Source of the DNA: Candidatus Liptonbacteria bacterium
Lineage (GTDB): Bacteria > Patescibacteriota > Minisyncoccia > UBA6257 > 2-01-FULL-56-20
Length of the DNA stretch: 42,058 bases
Direction: 5' to 3'
NCBI GenBank assembly: GCA_023244935.1
Contig: JAHFLJ010000003.1
Coordinates: forward strand, 1-42,058
Shown here: piece after piece, positions 7,291-16,490 of the stretch
How the letters are laid out: every line of letters begins with the position of its first letter
Numbering within the stretch: position 1 is the first letter of the stretch
Notes under the pieces: generated by a model
What the model saw: only the letters and a program-made list of their open reading frames with translations
What the model was told of the DNA's origin: nothing
Database searches by the model: none
Position numbers and translations under genes: made by a program

Positions 7291-8559
7291 ATGGATTTTA
7301 ATGTTAAAGAATATATCTTGAAATCCCGCGAAGACGGTATTTCGGACAATGTTATTAAGACCACTTTATTAAATTTAGGCCACAGTCGGGCAGAGGTCGA
7401 GGCGATTTATCAGCAAGTTGTAGGCGTTAAAGCTAACGAGTCCGAAAATTATTTTACTCCGACTACCAATATCCAGTTTGGAAATCAGCCATTAGTCCCT
7501 TCCGCCGAGGAAGTCGCTAAAAAAGAAGAGCAGACAGAGCAGACAAAGCAAAAAAACAAAAAAATGTTGCTGGTCGTCGCCTTCGTTGCTTTATTGCTGG
7601 CCGGTTCCGGTGGTGGATTCGCGTATTATAATTATGTTCAGAATCTTCCGGCTAATGTGCTTAAGAAATTTAATTTGGTTGTGTCCACAATTTTCTCGTT
7701 TAGAAATACGGTTAAGATTACTGCTTTAATTAGTGTAGAGGCGACGAAACAGATTAAATTAAATGCAGATTTTAAAGGGAGTTTTGACTTTTCTACTTCA
7801 ACCGGACCAAGAACTTCCGGCGATTTTACGATTTCCTCACAGGATTTCGCCAAATTTAGCCCGATCGGTTTAAGCTTTGTGTCCACGAATAAAAATATTT
7901 ATCTACGCTCATGGGATTTCAGCAAATTTCCGTTTATGGATTTATCCGGTCTTAACGGAGTTTGGATTAAAGCCGGAATAGATCCTGGAGAATACGAAGG
8001 AGATGATCCGTTTGATATCGCCTCGAATATAGAAAGAACCGAAGGTGTCGGGGATAGGTTTAAAGAGGGGATGCAAAATCCTCCGGTTAAGTTTGTTAAA
8101 GAACTTTCTTCGGAAGCAATTAACAATATCTCAACATATCATTATCTTTTCGAAATCGATCAAGTAAAAGCCGAAGAATTTATTGGGAATATAGGCAATC
8201 TGACACTTGAAGAAATTGAAACAGCTAAAGAGGCAACCGAAAGTAGCTATCCGAATATAGCCACCAGCACTTTGGAGCTGTGGATATATAAGGGAAGCTA
8301 TCTGCCCGCAAAATTTACGATTTTACTTGAAGGCCGAGGGGCAGGCGAGTTTACCGATTCTATAAAAATTGATCATATTTTCAGCGACACTAATACAGTT
8401 TTAACAATTCCCGAGCCCAGTAATTTTAAGAACTTGCCGGAAGTTCTCAAGGAGCTCTCCGATAAAATCAACGTTAATATAAATGAATCTATAAGCTCAA
8501 GTAGCATAATTAATTCCTCAACTTCGACTGCGCCTACCGGCACAATTCCAATTAGATGA
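7291..8559 (+). CDS. Single-pass membrane-anchored hypothetical protein with beta-rich extracellular domain
   Basis: Start moved to ATG 7291; cytoplasmic N-terminus, basic KQKNKK then a hydrophobic TM segment, long soluble C-terminal domain. Confidence 0.7.
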   Translation: MDFNVKEYILKSREDGISDNVIKTTLLNLGHSRAEVEAIYQQVVGVKANESENYFTPTTNIQFGNQPLVPSAEEVAKKEEQTEQTKQKNKKMLLVVAFVALLLAGSGGGFAYYNYVQNLPANVLKKFNLVVSTIFSFRNTVKITALISVEATKQIKLNADFKGSFDFSTSTGPRTSGDFTISSQDFAKFSPIGLSFVSTNKNIYLRSWDFSKFPFMDLSGLNGVWIKAGIDPGEYEGDDPFDIASNIERTEGVGDRFKEGMQNPPVKFVKELSSEAINNISTYHYLFEIDQVKAEEFIGNIGNLTLEEIETAKEATESSYPNIATSTLELWIYKGSYLPAKFTILLEGRGAGEFTDSIKIDHIFSDTNTVLTIPEPSNFKNLPEVLKELSDKINVNINESISSSSIINSSTSTAPTGTIPIR

Positions 8560-10202
8560 TCAAAGAGCTGTCAATCACCAAAAAAATATTTCTGGGGCTA
8601 TTTTTATCGGTAGTATTTGTATATTGCTTTAATGCTTTTAAAGAGCCCGATTCTTTTTATCATCTGAAAGCCGGGCAGGTAGTTCTGGAGACAGCGTCAA
8701 TACCAAATTCCGACCCATTCTCATTTGTCGCGAATGGCGCGGAGTGGGTTGCTCACGAATGGCTGTCTGAGGCGATTTTATTTATTTCCTATAAGGTCGC
8801 CGGATTCTGGGGTGTGATTTCTTTCGTGGCGCTACTCGGAGCGCTAACCAGTTTTATTATTTATTTAATATGTAGAATCAGGGGAGTCAATTTCTATATA
8901 TCTCTTCTGGGAATATTAATTTTAAATGCCTTAACTTTTGAATTATGGATCGGTAGACCGCAAATATTTTCATATTTATTCACGGCTCTTTTCGTATATT
9001 TATTGGAAAGGTTCAGGATCGACGGACGAAAAATAAACCTTATTTTGATTGCCTTAATTACCCTTATTTGGGCGAATATGCATGCCGGGTTTATCCTAGG
9101 CTTAGCGATAGTCTTTGCTTATCTCTTTGGAGGCATCTTGAATCACCATTTTAAACTTCAGTCGGCCCTGGATAAATTAAAACTTAGAAATTTATCCTTT
9201 TTATTTATCTCCTTGCCATTTATTGCCCTGCTAAATCCAAGTAGTTATAAAATATTCACTTACAGCTACGTTATCTTACCGGCAATAGAAAAATTGGGAG
9301 TAATGGAGTGGTATTCGATTTTAGACTATTTGTATCTGAATGAAACCGTCATCTATCTCGCTCAGATGGTCATTTTCGGACTTTTAGGAATCTATTGGTA
9401 TTTATCCAAACGAGAGAATAGAGATTTTATCCTGGTCAGCTTAATCTTGGGCATTTCGGTTTTGCCGTTCATATCCATTCGCCACATCGGATTTTGGCCG
9501 GTAGCTTTAATTCCTTTTGTGCTGGAAGCGGTTCATAGATTTGTTTTTGTGAGAATTGAAAATAGAATTAATTCTAAAGACTTCGGAATACTCCTCGGAA
9601 TCGTTTTATTGCTTTTTAGCACTCCCAAGTTCTTTTCTTTCCCAAAAGAATATTACAACCGTCTCAGCGTTCCGATAGGCGGAGCTGAATTTATTAAGCG
9701 CGAGAATTTAAAAGGTCCTATTTTCAATCTGTATAATGACGGCGGGTTTTTAATTTGGAATTTATACCCGAGCGAAAAGATATTTATAGATGGGCGTTCC
9801 GAAGTCTACAGTCAAGATAAGCTGGATGAATATCTAAGTATTCTTGGTGGAGGAGAAAATTGGCGGGAGCTGGTCTACGATAAATATAAGTTGCAGTATT
9901 TTTTCATATCCTATAGACGCAATCCGGAGAAGTTGCTTCCGCTGATTCGCGATTTGGAGAATGACAGGTGGCGTCTTGTGTACTGGGACGACCTATCCGT
10001 AATTTATGTTAAAGATGATGTTCAAAACAAAGAAATTATTAAAAAATTTGCCCTAAATTATGTCGGACCATTCAGGAACGCGCTAAATCTGCCGGAAGAC
10101 GACAAAAAGCAGGCCTTTGCTGAGTTGCAGGGCTTACTCGGTAGGATAGAGAACTCGGAGATAATCCAGCAATATGCCAGACAGCTAATGCAAGGCAGGT
10201 AG
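8556..10202 (+). CDS. Polytopic membrane protein, probable GT-C-fold glycosyltransferase-like
   Basis: Many TM helices; first-loop D..YHLKAG and HEWL, RPQ, WANMHAGF, C-terminal FIDGR domain (family assignment is inference). Confidence 0.6.
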   Translation: MIKELSITKKIFLGLFLSVVFVYCFNAFKEPDSFYHLKAGQVVLETASIPNSDPFSFVANGAEWVAHEWLSEAILFISYKVAGFWGVISFVALLGALTSFIIYLICRIRGVNFYISLLGILILNALTFELWIGRPQIFSYLFTALFVYLLERFRIDGRKINLILIALITLIWANMHAGFILGLAIVFAYLFGGILNHHFKLQSALDKLKLRNLSFLFISLPFIALLNPSSYKIFTYSYVILPAIEKLGVMEWYSILDYLYLNETVIYLAQMVIFGLLGIYWYLSKRENRDFILVSLILGISVLPFISIRHIGFWPVALIPFVLEAVHRFVFVRIENRINSKDFGILLGIVLLLFSTPKFFSFPKEYYNRLSVPIGGAEFIKRENLKGPIFNLYNDGGFLIWNLYPSEKIFIDGRSEVYSQDKLDEYLSILGGGENWRELVYDKYKLQYFFISYRRNPEKLLPLIRDLENDRWRLVYWDDLSVIYVKDDVQNKEIIKKFALNYVGPFRNALNLPEDDKKQAFAELQGLLGRIENSEIIQQYARQLMQGR

Positions 10203-10239
10203 ATTTTTTATATAAAAGTTTTCTGCTATAATTCAAGAC

Positions 10240-11286
10240 ATGTTGGACTTCTTATCAATTGGAACCGGAGCCAGAGACATTTTTATTAAAAGTCAGCTTT
10301 TTAAGGTCATTAAAGATCCGGAGCATCTGGAGAAGCTCGGGTTTGTTACCGGCGAGGCGCAATGTTTTGCTTTCGGCGGAAAAGTCGATATCGGTGAGCC
10401 AAAATTTTGCGTCGGTGGGGGAGCGGCGAATGCCGCAGTAACTTTCGCGCGACAGGGATGGCAAACCGGCGCGCTTTTACGTTTAGGGGAGGATGAAAAC
10501 GGCGGATCAATTATCAACACATTAAAAAAAGAAAAGGTAAAAACCGTTCCAATTTACTCCAAAGATAAGGGCACGGCTTTTTCGGTGGTTATGCTATCTT
10601 CCGGAGGAGAGCGGACTATCCTGACTTATCGAGGAGCCGGAGAGGATTGGCCAAAAAGCGAAATCCCATTTAAAAAACTTTCAGCGCGTTGGGCCTATAT
10701 TGTCCCAAGTAAAATATCTTTTCAAACGATTTCTTTAATGGTTGCTCACCTTAAAAGTCAGGGCGCGAAAATTGCCATGAATCCGTCCAAATTTTATATC
10801 GAAATGGGTCCAAAACAGTTAAAGCCGATACTTAGCCGTTTGGATGCGGTCATATTAAATCGCGAAGAGGCGGCGCTTTTAACCGGAATTCCATACGAGC
10901 AGGAAGGGAAGATATTCCGCCGTTTGGACGAGCTTGTCGACGGGATTGCGGTTATGACCGATGGGCCAAAAGGGATTTTAATTTCCGATGGAGAAGTCAT
11001 TTACAAGGCCGGAACGTTTAAAGAAAAAAGAATTGCTGATCGGACCGGCGCCGGAGATGCTTTCGGAAGCGCGTTTATAGCCGGACTTGCCGGTTATGAA
11101 AATAAAAATAAGCTCCCGAATAAAACTTTCCCACCTCAGGCAATTGAATATGCTATTCGCCTCGCTTCGGCAAATGCCACTTCGGTTGTGGAGCACGTCG
11201 GCGCGCAAGAGGGGATTCTTACGAAGAGCGAGTTCGAGAAAGAAAGACGTTGGAAGAATATTAAAATCGAATCAAAAAAATTATAA
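10240..11286 (+). CDS. PfkB/ribokinase-family carbohydrate kinase
   Basis: GGGAANAA, NREEA and DRTGAGDAF signatures. Confidence 0.92.
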   Translation: MLDFLSIGTGARDIFIKSQLFKVIKDPEHLEKLGFVTGEAQCFAFGGKVDIGEPKFCVGGGAANAAVTFARQGWQTGALLRLGEDENGGSIINTLKKEKVKTVPIYSKDKGTAFSVVMLSSGGERTILTYRGAGEDWPKSEIPFKKLSARWAYIVPSKISFQTISLMVAHLKSQGAKIAMNPSKFYIEMGPKQLKPILSRLDAVILNREEAALLTGIPYEQEGKIFRRLDELVDGIAVMTDGPKGILISDGEVIYKAGTFKEKRIADRTGAGDAFGSAFIAGLAGYENKNKLPNKTFPPQAIEYAIRLASANATSVVEHVGAQEGILTKSEFEKERRWKNIKIESKKL

Positions 11287-11288
11287 CA

Positions 11289-12545
11289 ATGGATAAATCC
11301 ACAGAAAGAATTGCCAGACTTTTAAGGACAGATATGCACACTCTCGAAAAAACTTGTAATTATCTATCCGCTTTAACCGGGAAACAGAATGTTCTGGAGA
11401 AGATTATCGAAGAGAATAATCAATTGATAGCCGACAGATTACTTGCCCTGGGAGTTGGTAAGGACGCTTCTTCCAACGACATTTATGACGGGCTCATTTC
11501 GAAGATTGAATCGGATGACTTCAAAATCTATAACAGTCTCGGCAATCCCAACTGTGAAAGTCCGAATGACTGTCAAAATATCGGAGAAATTGCCAGAAAA
11601 GCAGTTAATCCGCCTAAGGGATATTTCTTGAAGCCGGACAAGGCTCGCGAGCTGATTGTTAATATTCCACCGGAAAATATTATGAAGTTTTTGGGTTATA
11701 CTTCGGTGAAAGAGATGGTTCTAAAAGAAGACATTTTTGAAATTTTCAGCGCGCTTCGTTTTGTGGAGGGGTCGGAATGGCTAAACGCGGTATTTTTTAA
11801 ACAATATGAAAATTTGAAGCCGGAAGACTTCGAAGAACGCGAGATAAAAATAATTGCGTTAAGTGAAAAATGGGACGTTGTTTCCAAAAAGTTTGTGGAA
11901 AAAAAGAAGCACAACGTAAGCCACCTGAAAGAACTTGGAGTTATTTTTCTGATTCCGGCTCTTCTTGGGGTTTCCGGAGAAATTCTCAGAATGTTTGTTA
12001 TGATAATGCACTATCTCTATGAGATTCCATTCTATTCCTCGATAATTAAAGGTATTAGCGGATATGACGGAAGGTTTAACAGCAATTTAATTTCTCTTCT
12101 TCGCGGAGATGTTACCGAGAACCGATACGGAGATCTGGAAAAATCTCGTTGGTTAATAGTTCAGAGATATCTCTCTAAAGAAGATGTGAATGACTGGCGT
12201 CTCTTTGTTCCGCATATTAATCCGGAAGCAATCCATTGGATGAAGGCGGAAGAAAATCTTTATAAAGTCGGAGAACTTATGGATGGCTTCGCCGAGGATT
12301 TGAAGTTTTGGAATGGTCTAAACTGGGTAGGCGACTATTTTAAAGATGAAAGCGGAGTAGAAGTTTTAGTCAGTTTTAATATTATCGATACGATAATGTC
12401 CTTTGTTAAACAAAAAGAGATGGTTAAATATTCTTATCACCAAGAAGAAGCGTTTTGGAATAAAATTTTTATCGAATATTTTGGAAGGCCCGGACTGGAA
12501 GAATACTCCCGCAAATATTTATTGCAGGGGTATTTTGACGTATAG
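11289..12545 (+). CDS. Hypothetical protein (418 aa), closely coupled to the PfkB kinase gene
   Basis: Long ORF with genome-typical composition, 2 nt after the pfkB-family stop; no motif recognised. Confidence 0.8.
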   Translation: MDKSTERIARLLRTDMHTLEKTCNYLSALTGKQNVLEKIIEENNQLIADRLLALGVGKDASSNDIYDGLISKIESDDFKIYNSLGNPNCESPNDCQNIGEIARKAVNPPKGYFLKPDKARELIVNIPPENIMKFLGYTSVKEMVLKEDIFEIFSALRFVEGSEWLNAVFFKQYENLKPEDFEEREIKIIALSEKWDVVSKKFVEKKKHNVSHLKELGVIFLIPALLGVSGEILRMFVMIMHYLYEIPFYSSIIKGISGYDGRFNSNLISLLRGDVTENRYGDLEKSRWLIVQRYLSKEDVNDWRLFVPHINPEAIHWMKAEENLYKVGELMDGFAEDLKFWNGLNWVGDYFKDESGVEVLVSFNIIDTIMSFVKQKEMVKYSYHQEEAFWNKIFIEYFGRPGLEEYSRKYLLQGYFDV

Positions 12546-12593
12546 TCTTTGTCATTCCTTCGCGTAATCGGTCTTCTCTTGCCACTGGCGAGA

Positions 12594-12737
12594 TTATTAG
12601 CCTTGAGGGGTGTCTGAGAAACCTTTTAGCTCGGTCCCGCCTATGGCGGGTAAAAGGTTTTGAAGACAGTTAGATTTTTCGCAGCCTGCCTGCCGGCAGG
12701 CAGGGAAAAAATCGACACGACCCCTCAAGACTAATAA
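12594..12737. repeat. MITE/REP-like branched palindromic element
   Basis: Terminal inverted repeat TTATTAGCCTTGAGGGGTGTC / GACAC(GA)CCCCTCAAGACTAATAA enclosing AAACCTTTTA/TAAAAGGTTT, CCCGCC-tat-GGCGGG and CCTGCCTGCCGGCAGGCAGG (12685-12704). Confidence 0.65.
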
Positions 12738-12820
12738 CCGAGCCACCTTGATTTTTTGCTCATAAATAAGTAAAGTTTTTAGGTATCCGAGGTATCCACA
12801 TATCATGCATATTGATATTC

Positions 12821-12892
12821 GCGCTCTTAGCTCAGTGGTAGAGCGTTTCATTGACATTGAAAAGGTCGCAGGTTCAATCCCTGCAGGGCGCA
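12821..12892 (+). tRNA. tRNA-Val(GAC)
   Basis: Cloverleaf: GCGCTCT/AGGGCGC acceptor, TTTCA-TTGACAT-TGAAA anticodon arm, GCAGG-TTCAATC-CCTGC T arm; CCA not encoded. Confidence 0.95.
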
Positions 12893-12970
12893 CTTCGACT
12901 CGTTCCACTCGCTCAGTGTAAACACACCGGCAAGCCGGGCGAATGTCGAAAAAGGTAACAAGAATAATAC

Positions 12971-13042
12971 GGGCATGTAGTTCAGTGGTAGAACGCTGTC
13001 CTGATAAGACAGAGGTCGAAGGTCCGATTCCTTCCATGCCCA
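12971..13042 (+). tRNA. tRNA-Ile(GAT)
   Basis: GGGCATG/CATGCCC acceptor, CTGTC-CTGATAA-GACAG anticodon arm, GAAGG-TCCGATT-CCTTC T arm; CCA not encoded. Confidence 0.93.
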
Positions 13043-13046
13043 CTAA

Positions 13047-13748
13047 GTGAAAAAAACTTTAGTTCCTAAAATAATTTACGAAGACAAAAATTTTCTGGCG
13101 ATAGATAAACCTGCCGGAATGATTACTCACCCCACTGTCCATGGCAAAGATCAAAGCGGTCCGTCGCTGATGGATTGGGTTGTAGAGCGATATCCGGAAA
13201 TTAAACAGGTCGGAGAAGATACCGAGCTTCGCGCCGGTATTGTCCACCGACTGGACCGGGACACTTCCGGTTTGGTTTTAATTCCCAAAAATCAAAAATA
13301 TTTTGATTATCTCAAAAAACTTTTTCAGGAGCATAAAGTTCTGAAAACATATTTCGCGGTTGTTCACGGCGCGCCGAAAGAGAACAGGGGAATAATCAAT
13401 TTGCCCATCGGGATTCGCTCCGGGAGTATTCGGCGAACCACCCGCGGCGGTAAGATGGTAAAACCGGCCGAGACTTATTACGAGCTAATCAAAACAAAAA
13501 TTAAGGCCGGTAAGACTTATTCACTGATTAAAGCTAATCCAAAAACCGGTCGCACTCACCAGCTTCGAGTCCATTTCAAGGCTTTGGGGTTACCAATTTG
13601 CGGGGACGAAATTTATGGACTGAAAAGAGGAGATGAATTTAAGAGGCTGATGCTCCATTCCGCCGAGGTTCAATTTTCGATAAGCTCCGGGAAAAAATTG
13701 AAAATTATCAGTCCGCTCCCCAAAGAATTCGAAGCCTTTTCAAAGTAA
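13047..13748 (+). CDS. RluA/RluD-family pseudouridine synthase
   Basis: DKPAG, HRLDRDTSG, TGRTHQLRVH and PICGD.IYG motifs; GTG start. Confidence 0.92.
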   Translation: MKKTLVPKIIYEDKNFLAIDKPAGMITHPTVHGKDQSGPSLMDWVVERYPEIKQVGEDTELRAGIVHRLDRDTSGLVLIPKNQKYFDYLKKLFQEHKVLKTYFAVVHGAPKENRGIINLPIGIRSGSIRRTTRGGKMVKPAETYYELIKTKIKAGKTYSLIKANPKTGRTHQLRVHFKALGLPICGDEIYGLKRGDEFKRLMLHSAEVQFSISSGKKLKIISPLPKEFEAFSK

Positions 13749-13779
13749 TCCACAGCCCTTTTGTGGTATACAATTTATC

Positions 13780-13788
13780 TGCTATAAT
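13780..13788 (+). promoter_or_regulatory. Extended -10 promoter element for the major pilin
   Basis: TGCTATAAT ending 38 nt upstream of ATG 13827. Confidence 0.55.
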
Positions 13789-13826
13789 TAATCCATATGA
13801 AAGGTCGTTTCAAAATTAAAATCTAA

Positions 13827-14414
13827 ATGAACAAATCAGAAAAAGGATTTACGCTTATTGAGCTTTTGGTTGTCTTGGCACTGGTCGCCATTTTGTCGGT
13901 AGTTGTCATCTTGACCTTGAATCCTGCAGAGCTTTTGAAACAGGCTCGTGATTCTAACCGAACTTCCGACCTTTCAACTTTAAAGAGCGCAATTTCGTTG
14001 TTTATGGCTGATGTGAATGTTACCCCAACATCACTCGGAGCAGCTGGAACTTGTTATTATTCATACGTTGCTACTACTGCAACTGTAGGTTGTGGCGGAG
14101 CATTTCCTACTAGTACCACTAATGGAACAACAACTTACGCCGGGGTTAGAAACATTAATGGAACCGGTTGGATTCCAGTGAATTTCAGTGCGATTAGCTC
14201 TGGAGCACCTATCGGACAGCTTCCGGTTGATCCTGTGAATACTTCCGCGTTCTATTATACTTACGGGGTAGGTACATCAAGTAATCAGTTGTTTGAGATT
14301 GATGCGAAAATGGAAAGTACTAAATATAGTACTACTGGCGGATCTGAGTTATTGACTTCTGACGGAGGCAACAACAATGGTTGGTATGAAACCGGAACGA
14401 CACTTTCTCTCTAG
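13827..14414 (+). CDS. Type IV pilin (likely major pilin)
   Basis: KG|FTLIELLVV prepilin cleavage/N-methylation motif, ARDSNR, LPVDP; own promoter and terminator. Confidence 0.9.
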   Translation: MNKSEKGFTLIELLVVLALVAILSVVVILTLNPAELLKQARDSNRTSDLSTLKSAISLFMADVNVTPTSLGAAGTCYYSYVATTATVGCGGAFPTSTTNGTTTYAGVRNINGTGWIPVNFSAISSGAPIGQLPVDPVNTSAFYYTYGVGTSSNQLFEIDAKMESTKYSTTGGSELLTSDGGNNNGWYETGTTLSL

Positions 14415-14430
14415 TTTAAGAGATAAAAAC

Positions 14431-14465
14431 AAAAAAATTCCTTCCAATCTGGAGGGGATTTTTTT
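14431..14465 (+). terminator. Intrinsic terminator after the pilin gene
   Basis: A-tract ATTCCTTCCA-atc-TGGAGGGGAT followed by T-tract. Confidence 0.7.
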
Positions 14466-14473
14466 ATGGGAAA

Positions 14474-14599
14474 ACTTATGACTTATTACTAATCACTTAT
14501 AACTTAAAATTTAACCGGTAAAAACAGGAATTTTTGGGTTAGGTTATTAGTCATTAGTTATTAGTGATAAGTGGCTCGCATTGGTGATAAGTCATTGCT
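14474..14599. repeat. Heptad-periodic inverted repeat element
   Basis: ACTTATG ACTTATT ACTAATC ACTTATA ACTTAAA ... TATTAGT CATTAGT TATTAGT GATAAGT ... CATTGGT GATAAGT. Confidence 0.8.
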
Positions 14600-14633
14600 T
14601 ACTTTTTGTTAAAATTTGTTATACTGGTTATAG

Positions 14634-16349
14634 ATGGGACTTCCAATACCGGCAAATCAATTGAAAGGGAAACTTTTAACGGAAGGGTTAATAACTCCGG
14701 AAAAGTTTGATGCGCTCGAACAAGAGGCCGGTTTAAAAAATCAAAGTTTATTGGACATCCTGGTGTCCGAACACGTTGCCGATAAAAATTATTTAAATCG
14801 ACTCATCGCTGATTTTTTGGGCGTTGAGATTGTCAATTTCAATACAACCCCAATCGACCCGGAAGTTGTTAAACTGATTCCGGAAGAAGTCTCTCGACAG
14901 AGGGAGATTTTGGTTTTTAGTAGAGGCGCGGATGGTTCTTTGAACGTCGCCATGGCCGACCCGAGTGATCTTTCCACAATTACATATTTATCTCAACACC
15001 TTGGAACTAAAATTTCGGTATTTCTGGCCGATCAGCAGGATTTGAATCGCGGCTATACTGTTTACGGTTCGCAGATGACCAGCGACTTCAAGGCAATTAT
15101 CGAAAAAAATATTCAAGATTCTATCCGCGCCCAAACTAAAGGCGGGCAGAAGGAAGAGGCCGAACTTCCAATTGTCGCGGTTGTGGATAACATCATGTCC
15201 TACGCGGTATCCCTGCGCGCCTCGGATGTGCACATTGAGATAATGGAGGACGTGACCATTGTGCGTTATCGCATTGACGGAATCCTTTACGAGATAATGC
15301 GTATCCCTAAATTAGTGCACACCGCGATTGTTGCCCGTATTAAAATTTTATCCGGACTTAAGCTCGACGAGCACTACGAACCGCAAGACGGTCGTTTTAG
15401 ACATTCTGCCGCGAATCAAATGGTGGATGTTCGTGTTTCTATTCTGCCGACTTTCTATGGCGAAAAAATGGTTATGCGCTTGCTCGAAGCTTCCCAGAAA
15501 CCGCTATCTCTTGAGGAGCTGGGGTTTTTGCCGGAAGCCGCTAAAACAATTCGGGATAATTTGAAAAAAACTTACGGAATGATTCTGGCGGCCGGTCCTA
15601 CCGGTGCCGGTAAAACTACAACATTGTACGCGCTTATGAATATTTTGAATAAGCCAAACGTAAATATCGTTACAATTGAGGATCCAATCGAATATAACAT
15701 GCGTTATGTTAATCAAGCGCAGGTAAATGCGCGCGCCGGGGTTACTTTTGCTTCCGGTTTGCGTGCGATTTTGCGACAAGATCCGAACATTATTATGGTC
15801 GGGGAAATCCGCGATAAAGAAACCGCAAACATTGCGGTTCAGTCTGCCTTAACCGGTCACTTATTGCTTTCTTCTATTCACACCAACGATGCCCCAACGA
15901 CTATCCCACGTCTTTTTGATTTGGATGTCCCGCCATTTTTAGTAGGTTCGGTTTTGAACTTGGTTATTGCCCAGCGTCTTGTGCGTCAAGCCTGTAAAAA
16001 TTGTATTTATTCCTACGAGCCGGATGAAGACACTAAGGCCATTGTAAAAAAACAGGTAGAGGAGCTGAATATTCGAGTTCGCGGATATACGCTTCCTAAG
16101 TTATTATATAAAGGCAAGGGATGTAATATTTGTAATAACACCGGATATCGGGGACGACTTGGTATTTATGAAGTTTTTGAGGTAACCGAGAATATTCGAA
16201 AAATACTTGTGTCTCCACAGTTTGATCTGGACGCGCTTCGCGCCAAGGCCGAAGAAGAGGGGATGACGACTATGTTCGAGGACGGATTAAGAAAAGCCGA
16301 GCTGGGGATGACCACAATCGAAGAAGTTTTGAGAGTTATCCGAGAATAG
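14634..16349 (+). CDS. pilB: Type IV pilus assembly ATPase PilB/GspE
   Basis: ASDVHIE, GPTGAGKTTT Walker A, TIEDPIE, LRQDPNIIMVGEIRD, tetracysteine motif. Confidence 0.92.
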   Translation: MGLPIPANQLKGKLLTEGLITPEKFDALEQEAGLKNQSLLDILVSEHVADKNYLNRLIADFLGVEIVNFNTTPIDPEVVKLIPEEVSRQREILVFSRGADGSLNVAMADPSDLSTITYLSQHLGTKISVFLADQQDLNRGYTVYGSQMTSDFKAIIEKNIQDSIRAQTKGGQKEEAELPIVAVVDNIMSYAVSLRASDVHIEIMEDVTIVRYRIDGILYEIMRIPKLVHTAIVARIKILSGLKLDEHYEPQDGRFRHSAANQMVDVRVSILPTFYGEKMVMRLLEASQKPLSLEELGFLPEAAKTIRDNLKKTYGMILAAGPTGAGKTTTLYALMNILNKPNVNIVTIEDPIEYNMRYVNQAQVNARAGVTFASGLRAILRQDPNIIMVGEIRDKETANIAVQSALTGHLLLSSIHTNDAPTTIPRLFDLDVPPFLVGSVLNLVIAQRLVRQACKNCIYSYEPDEDTKAIVKKQVEELNIRVRGYTLPKLLYKGKGCNICNNTGYRGRLGIYEVFEVTENIRKILVSPQFDLDALRAKAEEEGMTTMFEDGLRKAELGMTTIEEVLRVIRE

Positions 16350-16490
16350 TTTTGTAATCGAATCTACCGAGACGTTCGCTCGGTCTGACGGAAATAAAGA
16401 AAATGAGGACAAGCAACAAATTTAAAAACAAGTCTCAAATAAAAATTACATGTGCTCGGGTATTTAAGATAGCTAAAATTAAAAACTAGC

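Noticed and set aside
12597-13043. 148-aa minus-strand ORF
   Set aside because: Antisense to two tRNA genes and a palindromic repeat; a shadow ORF.
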